A DNA stretch of 64,000 nt, taken from assembly GCA_021798985.1 (NCBI GenBank), contig JAJZBI010000001.1, positions 128,194-192,193 of the forward strand. The letters are read 5' to 3'. The notes below the pieces were generated by a model. The model was not told where the DNA came from, did no database searches, and saw nothing but the letters and a program-made list of their open reading frames with translations. Below are positions 49,912-61,120 of the stretch, in pieces. Each line of letters opens with the position of its first letter. The first letter of the stretch is position 1. Origin of the DNA: Actinomycetes bacterium (GTDB lineage Bacteria; Actinomycetota; Acidimicrobiia; Acidimicrobiales; Bog-793). Position numbers and translations under genes: made by a program.

Positions 49912-50723
49912 GCACCACGGCACTTGGCGTGCACCACGACTACGAGCCCGGCATGGTCGAGCGCGCCCGATGGGCGCTTGCCGACGCGCGGGTGATGACC
50001 CGCCGGTACCTGCTCCAGCTGATCCGCATCCCGACGGTGCTGTTCTTCTCGCTGATCCAGCCCGTGATGTTCGTCCTGCTCTTCCGCTACGTCTTCGGTG
50101 GCGCCATCCATACCGCCGGCGTCAACTACGCGGAGTACATGCTCCCGGGCGCCATCGCCCAGACGGCATCGTTCGCGTCCTTCGGCACCGCGATCGGGCT
50201 CGCCTACGACCTCGGCCGCGGCCTCATCGACCGGGTGCGCTCGATGCCCGCCGCACGCTTCGCCGTGCTGGCGGGCCGTCTCAGCTCTGACGTCGTGCGC
50301 AGTCTCGCCGTCGTCCTCGTGCTCGTCGCGGTCGGCTACGGCGTCGGGTTCCGCTTCGACAACGGCGCGGGGCCCGCGATCTTGATGATCTTGCTGTCGG
50401 TGCTCTTCGGCCTTGCCATCTGCACCATCGCCGCCTTCGTCGGCCTCGCCCTGAAGGACCCCGAAGCCGTGCAGTCCTTCGGGCTCGTCTGGCTCTTCCC
50501 GCTGACCTTCGTTTCGGGGGCCTTCGTGCCCGTGGCGACCATGCCCGGCTGGCTGCAGGCGATCGCCCGGCCGAACCCAGTCACCCTCGTGGTCGACGTG
50601 ATGCGCTCGCTCGCCTACGGCGGCCCGATCGCCGCCCACCTGCTTGAGTCGCTGGCGTGGATCGTCGGAATCCTGCTCGTCTTCGCCCCGCTCGCGGTGC
50701 GGGCCTTCAAGCGCGCCAGCTGA
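49908..50723 (+). CDS. ABC-2 type transporter permease (DrrB-like)
   Basis: 271 aa, six predicted TM stretches, ATGA overlap with the ATPase gene. Confidence 0.85.
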   Translation: MSTTALGVHHDYEPGMVERARWALADARVMTRRYLLQLIRIPTVLFFSLIQPVMFVLLFRYVFGGAIHTAGVNYAEYMLPGAIAQTASFASFGTAIGLAYDLGRGLIDRVRSMPAARFAVLAGRLSSDVVRSLAVVLVLVAVGYGVGFRFDNGAGPAILMILLSVLFGLAICTIAAFVGLALKDPEAVQSFGLVWLFPLTFVSGAFVPVATMPGWLQAIARPNPVTLVVDVMRSLAYGGPIAAHLLESLAWIVGILLVFAPLAVRAFKRAS

Positions 50724-50762
50724 CCCCGCCGCCCGAAGGCGGCGGGGTCAGGCCGGAGCGGG

Positions 50763-53102
<2,340 letters not shown>

Positions 53103-53221
53103 CCGGTCCACCTCCAAAGGGATCTGCGGTGCCCCCAACAACCGCCCTGGCCTGCTCACTATTCCCTCGCAAGTGACTGGGAGGTCGTGCGGGGTCCGGC
53201 TGATGCGTGCATAGTCGGGAC

Positions 53222-53797
53222 ATGACGAGCGAGAGGACGACACCAGCTGGCGGTGCCGAGCACTGGCTGCTGCTCATCTACCGCATCCCAAGCGAGCCGA
53301 CCCGCCTGCGCGCCGGGGTCTGGAGGAAGATCAAGGGGCTCGGGGCCGTCTACGTCCAGAACTCGGTCGCCGCGCTGCCCGCCAGCCCGGCGGCCGAACG
53401 GGCGCTGCGCGCGCTGCGGGCCGAGATCGGCGAGATCGGCGGCACGGCATACCTCTTCGACGCCGCCACGCTGGCGGGCCAGGGGCACCTGCTCGACGTC
53501 TTCAACGCCGCCCGCGACGACGAGTACGAGGAGATCGTCGACCGCTGCGAGGACTTCTTGCGTCAACTGCACAAGGAGTACGAGGAGGAGCACTTCACCT
53601 ACGCCGAGCTCGAGGAGAACGACGTCGATCTCGCCAAGTTGAAGGGGTGGCTGGACAAGGTGCACGGCCGGGATGCCTTCGGGGCGGCGGGCATCGGTGG
53701 CGCCCGGGCCGCGCTCGAGCGCTGCGAGCAGGCGCTCGAGGACTACGCAGCGCGCGTCTACGCGGTCGAAGGCGAGGAGCCGCCCCCGGCGAAATAG
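53222..53797 (+). CDS. ChrB-domain (chromate resistance regulator-like) protein
   Basis: WLLLIYRIPSEPTRLRAGVWRKIKGLGAVYVQNSVAALP matches the ChrB N-terminal domain pattern as I recall it. No chrA is nearby. Confidence 0.6.
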   Translation: MTSERTTPAGGAEHWLLLIYRIPSEPTRLRAGVWRKIKGLGAVYVQNSVAALPASPAAERALRALRAEIGEIGGTAYLFDAATLAGQGHLLDVFNAARDDEYEEIVDRCEDFLRQLHKEYEEEHFTYAELEENDVDLAKLKGWLDKVHGRDAFGAAGIGGARAALERCEQALEDYAARVYAVEGEEPPPAK

Positions 53798-53925
53798 GCG
53801 TCTCGAGGTCGCGAACTGTTCAACGCGCCGTCGCCAGCGAGTCGCTCCCTCGTAAATCGGGTCTCTTACCGTCCGTAACGGCCGTCACCTCCCGTGTGTG
53901 ACGGGACGAGAGGGGAGAACCAACA

Positions 53926-55002
53926 GTGCACGCTCACGCCCAGGCGAGCCCGGACACCCGGCGTCCTCGTGGCCGCTCCGTGCTCGCTGGCGCGGCGGTC
54001 ACAACCGCCGTCCTCGCCGGCGTCCAGGCGACCGCGACCGCCCAGCGCACACCGAAGGCCGCGGTGGTGCCGCTCGTCGTCTACTCGGCACAGGGCTACG
54101 ACAAGCTCGAGACCCAGGACTTCTCCAAGAGGTACCACATCCCGGTCCAGCTGAACGACAACTCGACCGGCCCGCTACTGACCGAGATCGAGGCGTCCAA
54201 GAACAACCCCAAGTGGGGGCTGCTGTGGGTGGACGGTGCGACGGCGTTCGCCGAGCTCGACGACCAGCACCTCCTGCTGCGCGGTTTCGAACCGAACGTG
54301 AAGTGGGACTCGCTCGGCAAGGCCGCCCTGCCGGCCGACAAGTCCTACGTCCCGACGGGCGTCACCTTGATGGCGATCATGGCCTACAACAAGCAAAGGG
54401 TCGCCCATCCGCCGACGTCCTGGAAGGCGCTGCTGTCGCCGAAGTGGAAGGGTCAGGTCGGCATGGACGACCCCAGCCAGTCGGGTCCGACCTACCCCTT
54501 CATCGCCGGCATGATGCAGGATCTCGGCGGGATCGCCCAGGGAAAGGCCTACTTCTCCAAGCTCAAGGCCAACGGCCTCGTGGTCAACCCGACGAACGGG
54601 CCGACGCTCGCCGCGCTCGCCTCGGGGCAGATCAACCTGGCGCTCGTGCAGAGCTCGGCGGGTATTGGCGCCTACTTCTCGGACCACAACATCGCCGTGA
54701 AGTACCTAAACCCCGTCACGATCCTCCCGAGCGTAATCGGCATCGACGCAAAGGCACCGGCGCAAGAGCAAAAGGAAGCCGAGCTATTCGCCAACTACGT
54801 CCTCTCTCGCGCCGGTCAGAAGGTGATGAAGACCGGCGATCCGACGGGAGATTCGCTCTACTACCCCGTGATCAACGGAATCGCGCCCCGGGGCATTCTC
54901 CCGCCGCTTTCTGGCGTGAAGACGCAATCGATCAACCCCTACACCTGGGGACCGCGGGAGAACACGATCAACTCGTGGTTCGACTCCAGCATCGTGAAGT
55001 GA
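53926..55002 (+). CDS. ABC transporter substrate-binding protein (Fe3+/thiamine/polyamine-type, SBP family 1-like)
   Basis: GTG start follows AGGGGAG. It has a Tat-like signal (RRPRGRSVLAGAAVTTAVLAG), followed by a two-lobed SBP pattern. Its GC content is visibly lower than its neighbours. Confidence 0.8.
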   Translation: MHAHAQASPDTRRPRGRSVLAGAAVTTAVLAGVQATATAQRTPKAAVVPLVVYSAQGYDKLETQDFSKRYHIPVQLNDNSTGPLLTEIEASKNNPKWGLLWVDGATAFAELDDQHLLLRGFEPNVKWDSLGKAALPADKSYVPTGVTLMAIMAYNKQRVAHPPTSWKALLSPKWKGQVGMDDPSQSGPTYPFIAGMMQDLGGIAQGKAYFSKLKANGLVVNPTNGPTLAALASGQINLALVQSSAGIGAYFSDHNIAVKYLNPVTILPSVIGIDAKAPAQEQKEAELFANYVLSRAGQKVMKTGDPTGDSLYYPVINGIAPRGILPPLSGVKTQSINPYTWGPRENTINSWFDSSIVK

Positions 55003-55045
55003 TCCGACACCCCCTCAGCGCCTCCAACCCGAAACGGGCCGGGTG

Positions 55046-56866
55046 ATGGCGACACTGCAACAACACCTCCCCCTTCCGGCCGCACTCAAGCCGCCGGAAG
55101 GGGGAGGTCCCCCCAACAACGGCGAGACGCCGCCTGGCCGGCGAGGCCTTGCGAGGCTGCGCCAGGATCCCCAGCTGGTCGCGCGCGGTGGTCTCGCCGC
55201 GTTCTGGGCGCTGCTGGCTGCCCTCATCGTGCTCCCCTGCGCCTGCTTTTTGGTGCTCGCAGTATCGCCGCGGCTCTTTGGCCAAGGGCCGCAGTGGTTC
55301 ACGCTCTCGTATCTGCGCCAGGTCTTCACCGGGACCACCGCGGTGTCGCTCGTCGACTCACTGTGGGTGAGCGCTGCCGCGGCCGGGATCGGCTTGCTCG
55401 TCGGCGTGCCGATCGCCTGGCTCTCCAACCGCACCTTGCTTCCGGGACGCCGCTTCGTTGCGGGCGCGATGTGGCTCGTGCTCCTGCTGCCGTCCTGGCT
55501 GCCCGCGTCGGGCTGGGAGCGCCTCGTGCAGCCCGATGGCGTGATGTACCGGATCGGGCTCAACTTCCCATTCGTCACCTCGACGATCATGGGCCCCTTC
55601 GGGGTCGTGCTGTTGCTCGGTCTGCGATGTGTCCCCTTCTCCTATCTCGCAATCACCGCCGCGCTGCGCGGTCTCGGCCAGGAGTACGAGGACGCGGCGC
55701 GCACCCACGGGGCCAGTCGCATAACGAGCCTGCGCCTGCTCGTCCCGATCTTGGCCCCCGCCATCACCTCGGCGATCGCCATCGGCTTCGCCGAGTCGGT
55801 GAGCGACTTCGGCGTCGCCGCAACGCTCGCCTACCGGGCCAACTTCCCGCTCGCCACCTACCAGCTCTTCGCCGACGTCAACGGCTTCCCACCGAGCTTC
55901 CCGGGGGCGGCCGCGATCGGCTGGCTGCTCGTCGGCTCGGTTGCCGTGCCGCTCGCGCTGCAGGCGCGCGCGCTTCGGGGACGGGCCTATCGCGTCTTGT
56001 CCGGCCGCAGCCGCGCCGCGGTGCGACGGCGCCTTTCGCGGGGCGGGCTCATCGCGAGTCTCACCGTGGTGATCGGCTACTTCGCCGTCGCACTCGGCGT
56101 CCCCGGCTTTGGCGCGCTCAGCTCCTCGGTGCTGTCCGACTACGGTGCCTCACTCCGGCCCACCCTGGTCAACTACCGCGCCGTCTTCAATAACTCGGGC
56201 CTGTCCGGTCCACTCGAGCGCTCGCTGATCTACGGCCTGATCGCGGCCACGGTCACCGTCGCGCTCGGCTTCCTCTGCGCGAACTTGCTCTCACGGCGCG
56301 CCAGCGCCTCGGGTACCCTGCTCGACTTCTTGCTCTTGGCCGCGGTCGCACTCCCCGGCGTGGTCTTCGGCGCCGGCTACATCTTCGCCTACAACCTGCC
56401 GGCGCTCTCGCACGTCGGGCTCGACCTCTACCAGACGACGACGCTGCTCGTCGTCGCCTACGTCGCCTCGAGCATGCCGACCAACGCGCGCGTGCTCGTC
56501 GGCGCCGTGTCCCAGGTTGACGCCTCGCTCCGCAACGCGGCACGCGCCCACGGGGCGTCGGCGACGCGCGCCTGGGCCAGGGGCGTGCTGCCTGCCATCT
56601 CGCGACCGGTGCTGATGGCCTGGCTCTTGACCTTCTCGGGGATCTTGTTGGAGCTTCCCCTCTCGCAGCTGCTGTACGCACCGGGATCCCCGCCGGCGTC
56701 GGTGGCGATCGAGGACAACCTCGGCAACTACCACTTCGGCGTCGGCACGGCCCAGGCCGTCGTCGCCGTCGCCATCGCGTTCACCGTGGTCGGGCTCGCC
56801 CTCATGCTCTTCCGCCTCGTGACCCCGGCCGGTTGGCGACACGTCGGAGAGGGCGTGAACGAATGA
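55046..56866 (+). CDS. ABC transporter permease, fused two-domain (FbpB/iron(III)-type)
   Basis: 607 aa with two repeats of the binding-protein-dependent transport inner-membrane module (..EDAARTHGAS.. and ..NAARAHGAS.. EAA-like loops). Confidence 0.85.
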   Translation: MATLQQHLPLPAALKPPEGGGPPNNGETPPGRRGLARLRQDPQLVARGGLAAFWALLAALIVLPCACFLVLAVSPRLFGQGPQWFTLSYLRQVFTGTTAVSLVDSLWVSAAAAGIGLLVGVPIAWLSNRTLLPGRRFVAGAMWLVLLLPSWLPASGWERLVQPDGVMYRIGLNFPFVTSTIMGPFGVVLLLGLRCVPFSYLAITAALRGLGQEYEDAARTHGASRITSLRLLVPILAPAITSAIAIGFAESVSDFGVAATLAYRANFPLATYQLFADVNGFPPSFPGAAAIGWLLVGSVAVPLALQARALRGRAYRVLSGRSRAAVRRRLSRGGLIASLTVVIGYFAVALGVPGFGALSSSVLSDYGASLRPTLVNYRAVFNNSGLSGPLERSLIYGLIAATVTVALGFLCANLLSRRASASGTLLDFLLLAAVALPGVVFGAGYIFAYNLPALSHVGLDLYQTTTLLVVAYVASSMPTNARVLVGAVSQVDASLRNAARAHGASATRAWARGVLPAISRPVLMAWLLTFSGILLELPLSQLLYAPGSPPASVAIEDNLGNYHFGVGTAQAVVAVAIAFTVVGLALMLFRLVTPAGWRHVGEGVNE

Positions 56867-58020
56867 GCTCCCGCGGACAGCAGCAACCCTCGACCGCGGC
56901 GCACCCCGTCCGCGTGCAGTCGATGACCAAGGAGTACCCGAACGGCAAGATCGCCGTCGAAGAGGTCTCCTTCGAGCTCAGCCCCGGCACCTTTCTCGTC
57001 TTGCTCGGGCCGTCGGGCTCGGGAAAGACGACAATGCTCCGCTGCCTCGCTGGAATCGAGCGCATGAGCGCCGGGCGCATCGACATCGGCGGCCGCGCCG
57101 TCGCTGCGCCCGGGACCCATCTGCCTCCCGAGCAGCGGGAGCTGGCGATGGTCTTCCAGGACTACGCGCTGTGGCCGCACCTTTGCGCTCGCGACAACGT
57201 CGCCTTCGCGCTAAAGCGCCGCGGCGTGCGCCGGGAAGAGGCGCGGTGGCGTGCCGAGGCACTGCTCGGACGCCTCGGCATCGGAGCGCTCTGCGATCGC
57301 TTCCCATCCGAGTTGTCCGGTGGCGAGCAGCAGCGGGTCGGGCTGGCCCGTGCCTTGATCGGCGACACCGGGCTGCTCTTGTGCGACGAGCCGCTGTCGA
57401 ACCTCGACGCCGCGCTGCGCGAGCAGATGCGCATCGAGATCTCCTCGCTCGTGCGCGAGGCGGGGACCACGACGATCTACATCACCCACGACCAGGCCGA
57501 GGCGTTCGCCCTCGCCGACCGGATCGGCGTGCTCGAGCGTGGTCACCTAGTCCAGCTCGCCGAGCCCGAGACGATCTACGCCGCGCCCGCCACCCCGTTC
57601 GTCGCAAGGTTCACGGGCCTGGCTGGCGAGCTCGCGGTTCGCATCGTGGGGCGCACGCCGACCGGAGCGGTCGAGGTCCAGCTCAGTGCCGGAACGAGCC
57701 CCACGCCCCTGCGGGCGACACCTGGCGCGGGACTCGAGCAGCACGCAGGAGACGCGCTGCTCCTCGTCCGCCCGGCGGCAGTGAGCCTCGTCGCGCCCGA
57801 TGGCACCGGCTGCCAGCTCTTCGCCAGGGTCACCGACGTCGCCTTCCGCGGGGTCGGCTACGAGCACGCCGTCGTCCTGGCCGACGGGACACCGCTGAAT
57901 GGGATCTTCTCGCCCCGACGCGCCCGCTGGGGCGAGAACGTCGGCGTGGCGCTGCAACCAAGCGGCTGCCTGGCGTTTCCTGCGGGGGCCGTCGCGAGTG
58001 CCACGGCGGTCGGGCGGTGA
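56863..58020 (+). CDS. ABC transporter ATP-binding protein (FbpC/PotA-like, with C-terminal TOBE-like domain)
   Basis: In-frame part of ORF 56833..58020. ATG at 56863 forms an ATGA overlap. GPSGSGKTT, LSGGEQQRVGLARAL and LLCDEPLSNLD motifs are present. Confidence 0.88.
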   Translation: MSSRGQQQPSTAAHPVRVQSMTKEYPNGKIAVEEVSFELSPGTFLVLLGPSGSGKTTMLRCLAGIERMSAGRIDIGGRAVAAPGTHLPPEQRELAMVFQDYALWPHLCARDNVAFALKRRGVRREEARWRAEALLGRLGIGALCDRFPSELSGGEQQRVGLARALIGDTGLLLCDEPLSNLDAALREQMRIEISSLVREAGTTTIYITHDQAEAFALADRIGVLERGHLVQLAEPETIYAAPATPFVARFTGLAGELAVRIVGRTPTGAVEVQLSAGTSPTPLRATPGAGLEQHAGDALLLVRPAAVSLVAPDGTGCQLFARVTDVAFRGVGYEHAVVLADGTPLNGIFSPRRARWGENVGVALQPSGCLAFPAGAVASATAVGR

Positions 58021-58038
58021 CGCGCCGCACCAGCTGAG

Positions 58039-58121
58039 CGGAGGGAGAGGGATTCGAACCCCCGGGGCTCTCGCCCAACGGTTTTCAAGACCGCCGCATT
58101 CGGCCGCTCTGCCATCCCTCC
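58039..58121 (-). tRNA. tRNA-Ser (anticodon UGA)
   Basis: The minus strand reads GGAGGGATGGCAGAGCGGCCGAATGCGGCGGTCTTGAAAACCGTTGGGCGAGAGCCCCGGGGGTTCGAATCCCTCTCCCTCCG. It has a 7-bp acceptor stem, anticodon loop CTTGAAA, a long variable arm and a TTCGAAT T-loop. CCA is not encoded. Confidence 0.9.
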
Positions 58122-58134
58122 AGGCGGCGAGTCC

Positions 58135-59082
58135 CTAGGGATCGCCGATGTGGCCTCGCAAGTCTGCCAGCCAATCCGCCGCCGCCTGGCGGCGCAGGTC
58201 GACCTCGGCGCGCCGGACCCGCGCCGGTGCGCCCGAGACCGGATAGGAACCGAGGAAGCGCAGCGCCTCCAAGTTGGCGTGCAGCGCCCGCAGGCAGTCG
58301 CCGAGCACCTCGTCGGCGACGTGGCCCTCGACCTCGATGACAAAGCAGTGCTCGCCGAGCGCCTGCTTGGTCGGCCGAGAGACGAGGCGCGTCAGGTCCA
58401 ACCGACGCGCCGCGAACTGGCTCAAGATCTCGAGCAAGCTGCCGGGACGGTTCTCGTGCTGAAAGCAGACGAGCAGCGTGCGATCGTGACCGGTCGGGGC
58501 GGGGATGCGCCCGGGGGCGACGAGCACGAAGCGAGTCTGGTTCCCTTCGTGGTCCTCGATCGCCTCGGCGAGGAGCTCGAGCCCATAACGGGCGGCGGCG
58601 TTGCGCGGCACCACCGCGGCCGCCTCCCGCTCCCCGCGCTCGGCGACGAAGCGTGCGCCCTCGGCCGTCGAGGAGACCGCGATCTGTTCGGCTTTGGGCA
58701 CCGCGGCGAGCAGGAAGTCCCGGCACTGGGCGAGGGCCGGCGGATAGGAGTAGACGCGCTCCAGCGCGCCAAGGCGGGCGCCAGCGGGCGCGGCGAGATG
58801 GAGGTGGACGTCGAGGACCACCTCGCGCTGCACGAGCAGCTCCTCGCCGAACACGAGGCGGTCGAGCGTGGCGGAGATGGAGCCCTCGATCGAGTTCTCG
58901 AGCGGCACGAAGGCGGCGTCGGCCTGCCCCGACGCGGCAGCGCCCACGGCCTCTTCGATCGTCCCCGTGAGCACGATCTCGGCGCCAGCGAGATCGTGCT
59001 CACCGAGCAGCGCCTCCTCGGTGAAGGTCCCTTGGGGCCCCAAGCAGGCGATCCTCCGCCAGGGAATCGGACCGTCGCTCAT
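58135..59082 (-). CDS. pheA: Prephenate dehydratase
   Basis: In-frame part of ORF 58135..59538, starting MSDGPIPWRRIACLGPQGTFTEEA. It has the TRF motif (NQTRFVLV) and an ACT domain (SRPTK..FVIEVEGH). Confidence 0.88.
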   Translation of the reverse strand: MSDGPIPWRRIACLGPQGTFTEEALLGEHDLAGAEIVLTGTIEEAVGAAASGQADAAFVPLENSIEGSISATLDRLVFGEELLVQREVVLDVHLHLAAPAGARLGALERVYSYPPALAQCRDFLLAAVPKAEQIAVSSTAEGARFVAERGEREAAAVVPRNAAARYGLELLAEAIEDHEGNQTRFVLVAPGRIPAPTGHDRTLLVCFQHENRPGSLLEILSQFAARRLDLTRLVSRPTKQALGEHCFVIEVEGHVADEVLGDCLRALHANLEALRFLGSYPVSGAPARVRRAEVDLRRQAAADWLADLRGHIGDP

Positions 59083-59104
59083 GGCTGGCAGGATAGTAAG
59101 CCTC

Positions 59105-59863
59105 ATGGACCACGAGGATCTCGAGACCCTACTGAAGGCCGTGCAGCGCGGTGAGCGCTCGGTTGACGAGGCGGCAACGTTGTTGCGGCGCCTCCCCTTC
59201 GCCGACCTCGGCTTCGCGCGCATCGACCACCACCGCGCCATGCGCCAGGGCCTGCCCGAGGCGGTCTTTGGACCGGGCAAGGCCCCCGAGCACTGCGCGG
59301 CGATCGTCGAGGAGCTGCTCGAGCACGGCACCGGACCGGTGCTGCTCACGCGCGCCACGCCGCTCCAGGTGGACACGGCGCTCGCCCGCTGCCCAGGCGG
59401 TGAGGTCACGGGGACCTCGCCAGTCCCCGGTGAGCGCTCGCTCGTGGCGTGGCGACCAGCCCCCCGACGCGACGGGCGCGTCCTGGTGCTCACGGCGGGC
59501 ACCGCCGACCTGCCGGTCGCCGCCGAGTGCCACGCCACCCTGAGCGCCTACGGCTTCGCGCCCCACCAGCTCGCCGACTGCGGCGTCGCCGGGGTGCACC
59601 GGCTGTTCGCGTCGCTGGACGAGCTCAGTGCGGCCGACGCGGTGATCGTGGTCGCCGGCATGGAGGGGGCGCTCGCGAGCATCGTTGGCGGCCTCACCGC
59701 CGCCCCGATCGTCGCCGTCCCGACGAGCGTCGGCTACGGCGCCGGCCTCGACGGGGTCACTGCGCTCTTGGCGATGCACGCCTCGTGCGCGTCCGGGATC
59801 AGCGTCGTCGGCATCGACAACGGCTTCGGCGCGGCCTGTGCGGTCGCCCGGATGCTCGCCTGA
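59105..59863 (+). CDS. larB: Nickel-pincer cofactor biosynthesis protein LarB (pyridinium-3,5-biscarboxylic acid mononucleotide synthase)
   Basis: In-frame part of ORF 58868..59863 (ATG 59105). ARIDHHRAMRQGLPEAVFGPGK and the AIR-carboxylase-like half VLTAGTADLPVAAE..VVAGMEGALASIVGGL..VPTSVGYG. Confidence 0.82.
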   Translation: MDHEDLETLLKAVQRGERSVDEAATLLRRLPFADLGFARIDHHRAMRQGLPEAVFGPGKAPEHCAAIVEELLEHGTGPVLLTRATPLQVDTALARCPGGEVTGTSPVPGERSLVAWRPAPRRDGRVLVLTAGTADLPVAAECHATLSAYGFAPHQLADCGVAGVHRLFASLDELSAADAVIVVAGMEGALASIVGGLTAAPIVAVPTSVGYGAGLDGVTALLAMHASCASGISVVGIDNGFGAACAVARMLA

Positions 59864-59874
59864 CGCGCCGAGCG

Positions 59875-61116
59875 ATGCCCGCACCCCCCCAGGGATCGAG
59901 CGTGCCCGCCGCCCGCGTCGCGTGGTTCAACTGCTTCGCCGGCATTGCCGGCGACATGGCGCTCGGCAGCCTCGTCGACGCCGGCGCCGACCTCGCCGAG
60001 ATCGAGGCGATGCTGCGGCGCCTGCCGGTCGGCGGCTGGGGCATCGCGGCCTCCGCGGTGCTGCGCGGCGGGATCGCGGCAACCCGGATCGAAGTGGAGG
60101 TCCGCGACGACGCCGTCGTGCGCACCTACCCCGCGCTGCTGGGCCTCATCCAGGCCGCCAAGTTGCCGACGCGCGTCGCCCAGCGCGCCGAGGCGGCTCT
60201 CGCGGCGCTCGCCGACGTGGAGGGCCGGTTGCACCGGCGTCCGATCGCCCAGGTGCACTTCCACGAGGTCGGCGGCCACGACACGTTGGTCGACATCGTC
60301 GGCACGATGACCGCCCTCGAGCTGCTTGGGATCGACGAGGTCGCCGCCGGGCCGGTTGCCACCGGCACCGGTTTCGTCCGTGCCCAGCACGGGATCTTGC
60401 CCAACCCCTCGCCCGCCGTCCTCGGCTTGCTCGCCGGCGCGCCGATGACCGGCCGCGACGTCGACGTCGAGCTCACCACCCCCACTGGCGCCGCCATCCT
60501 GGCGGCAACCGTCGAGCGCTTCGGCCCGCTGCCAGCGATGACCGTCGAGGTCACCGGCTACGGGGCGGGCAGCCGGGACCTCGACGGCCTGCCGAACTGC
60601 ACCCAGGTCGTCCTCGGCTCGCGGCCCGTGCGGCTCGAGGCAGCTCCGGACGCCGTGCCGGGCGGCCAGCCGCTCGTCCTCCTCGAGGCGAACGTGGACG
60701 ACGCGACCGGCGAGCAGCTCGCGGCGGCGGTCGATGCGCTGCTGCGCGCCGGTGCGGCCGACTGCTGGGTGACCCCGGTCGTGATGAAAAAGGGCCGCCC
60801 GGGCCACCTCGTCAGCGCCCTCGCCGACCCGGCGCTCGGTGAGGTCCTCCGCCTGGCGCTCGCCCGCGAGACCGGATCCTTTGGCGTGCGCGCCAGCGTC
60901 GTCGGGCGATACGCCACGTCACGGCGCTTCGAGCAGGTGGAGGTCGGGGGGCAGCCGGTCCGCATCAAGGTCAGCCCGGGACGCGCCAAGGTCGAATACG
61001 AAGACGCCCGCCAGGTCGCGCTCGATCAGGACCTGCCGGTGCGCGAGGTGATGGCGCGCGCCGAGCACGCCTGGCGGCTGCGCGCCACGGACCCCCCACC
61101 AGACGGGGCGAGCTAG
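59875..61116 (+). CDS. larC: Nickel insertion protein LarC (pyridinium-3,5-bisthiocarboxylic acid mononucleotide nickel chelatase)
   Basis: In-frame part of ORF 59449..61116 (ATG 59875). FNCFAGIAGDM, HFHEVGGHDTLVDIVG, TPTGAAIL and MKKGRPG motifs. It is a single unfused ORF with no frameshift. Confidence 0.82.
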   Translation: MPAPPQGSSVPAARVAWFNCFAGIAGDMALGSLVDAGADLAEIEAMLRRLPVGGWGIAASAVLRGGIAATRIEVEVRDDAVVRTYPALLGLIQAAKLPTRVAQRAEAALAALADVEGRLHRRPIAQVHFHEVGGHDTLVDIVGTMTALELLGIDEVAAGPVATGTGFVRAQHGILPNPSPAVLGLLAGAPMTGRDVDVELTTPTGAAILAATVERFGPLPAMTVEVTGYGAGSRDLDGLPNCTQVVLGSRPVRLEAAPDAVPGGQPLVLLEANVDDATGEQLAAAVDALLRAGAADCWVTPVVMKKGRPGHLVSALADPALGEVLRLALARETGSFGVRASVVGRYATSRRFEQVEVGGQPVRIKVSPGRAKVEYEDARQVALDQDLPVREVMARAEHAWRLRATDPPPDGAS

Positions 61117-61120
61117 AGCT

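Noticed and set aside
53798-53925. Possible riboswitch (TPP, NiCo and others) in the leader of the Fe3+-type ABC importer
   Set aside because: Only a short hairpin (CCGTCAC..GTGACGG) is present. None of the conserved cores I know (for example the CUGAGA/ACCUGAU thi-box) are visible.
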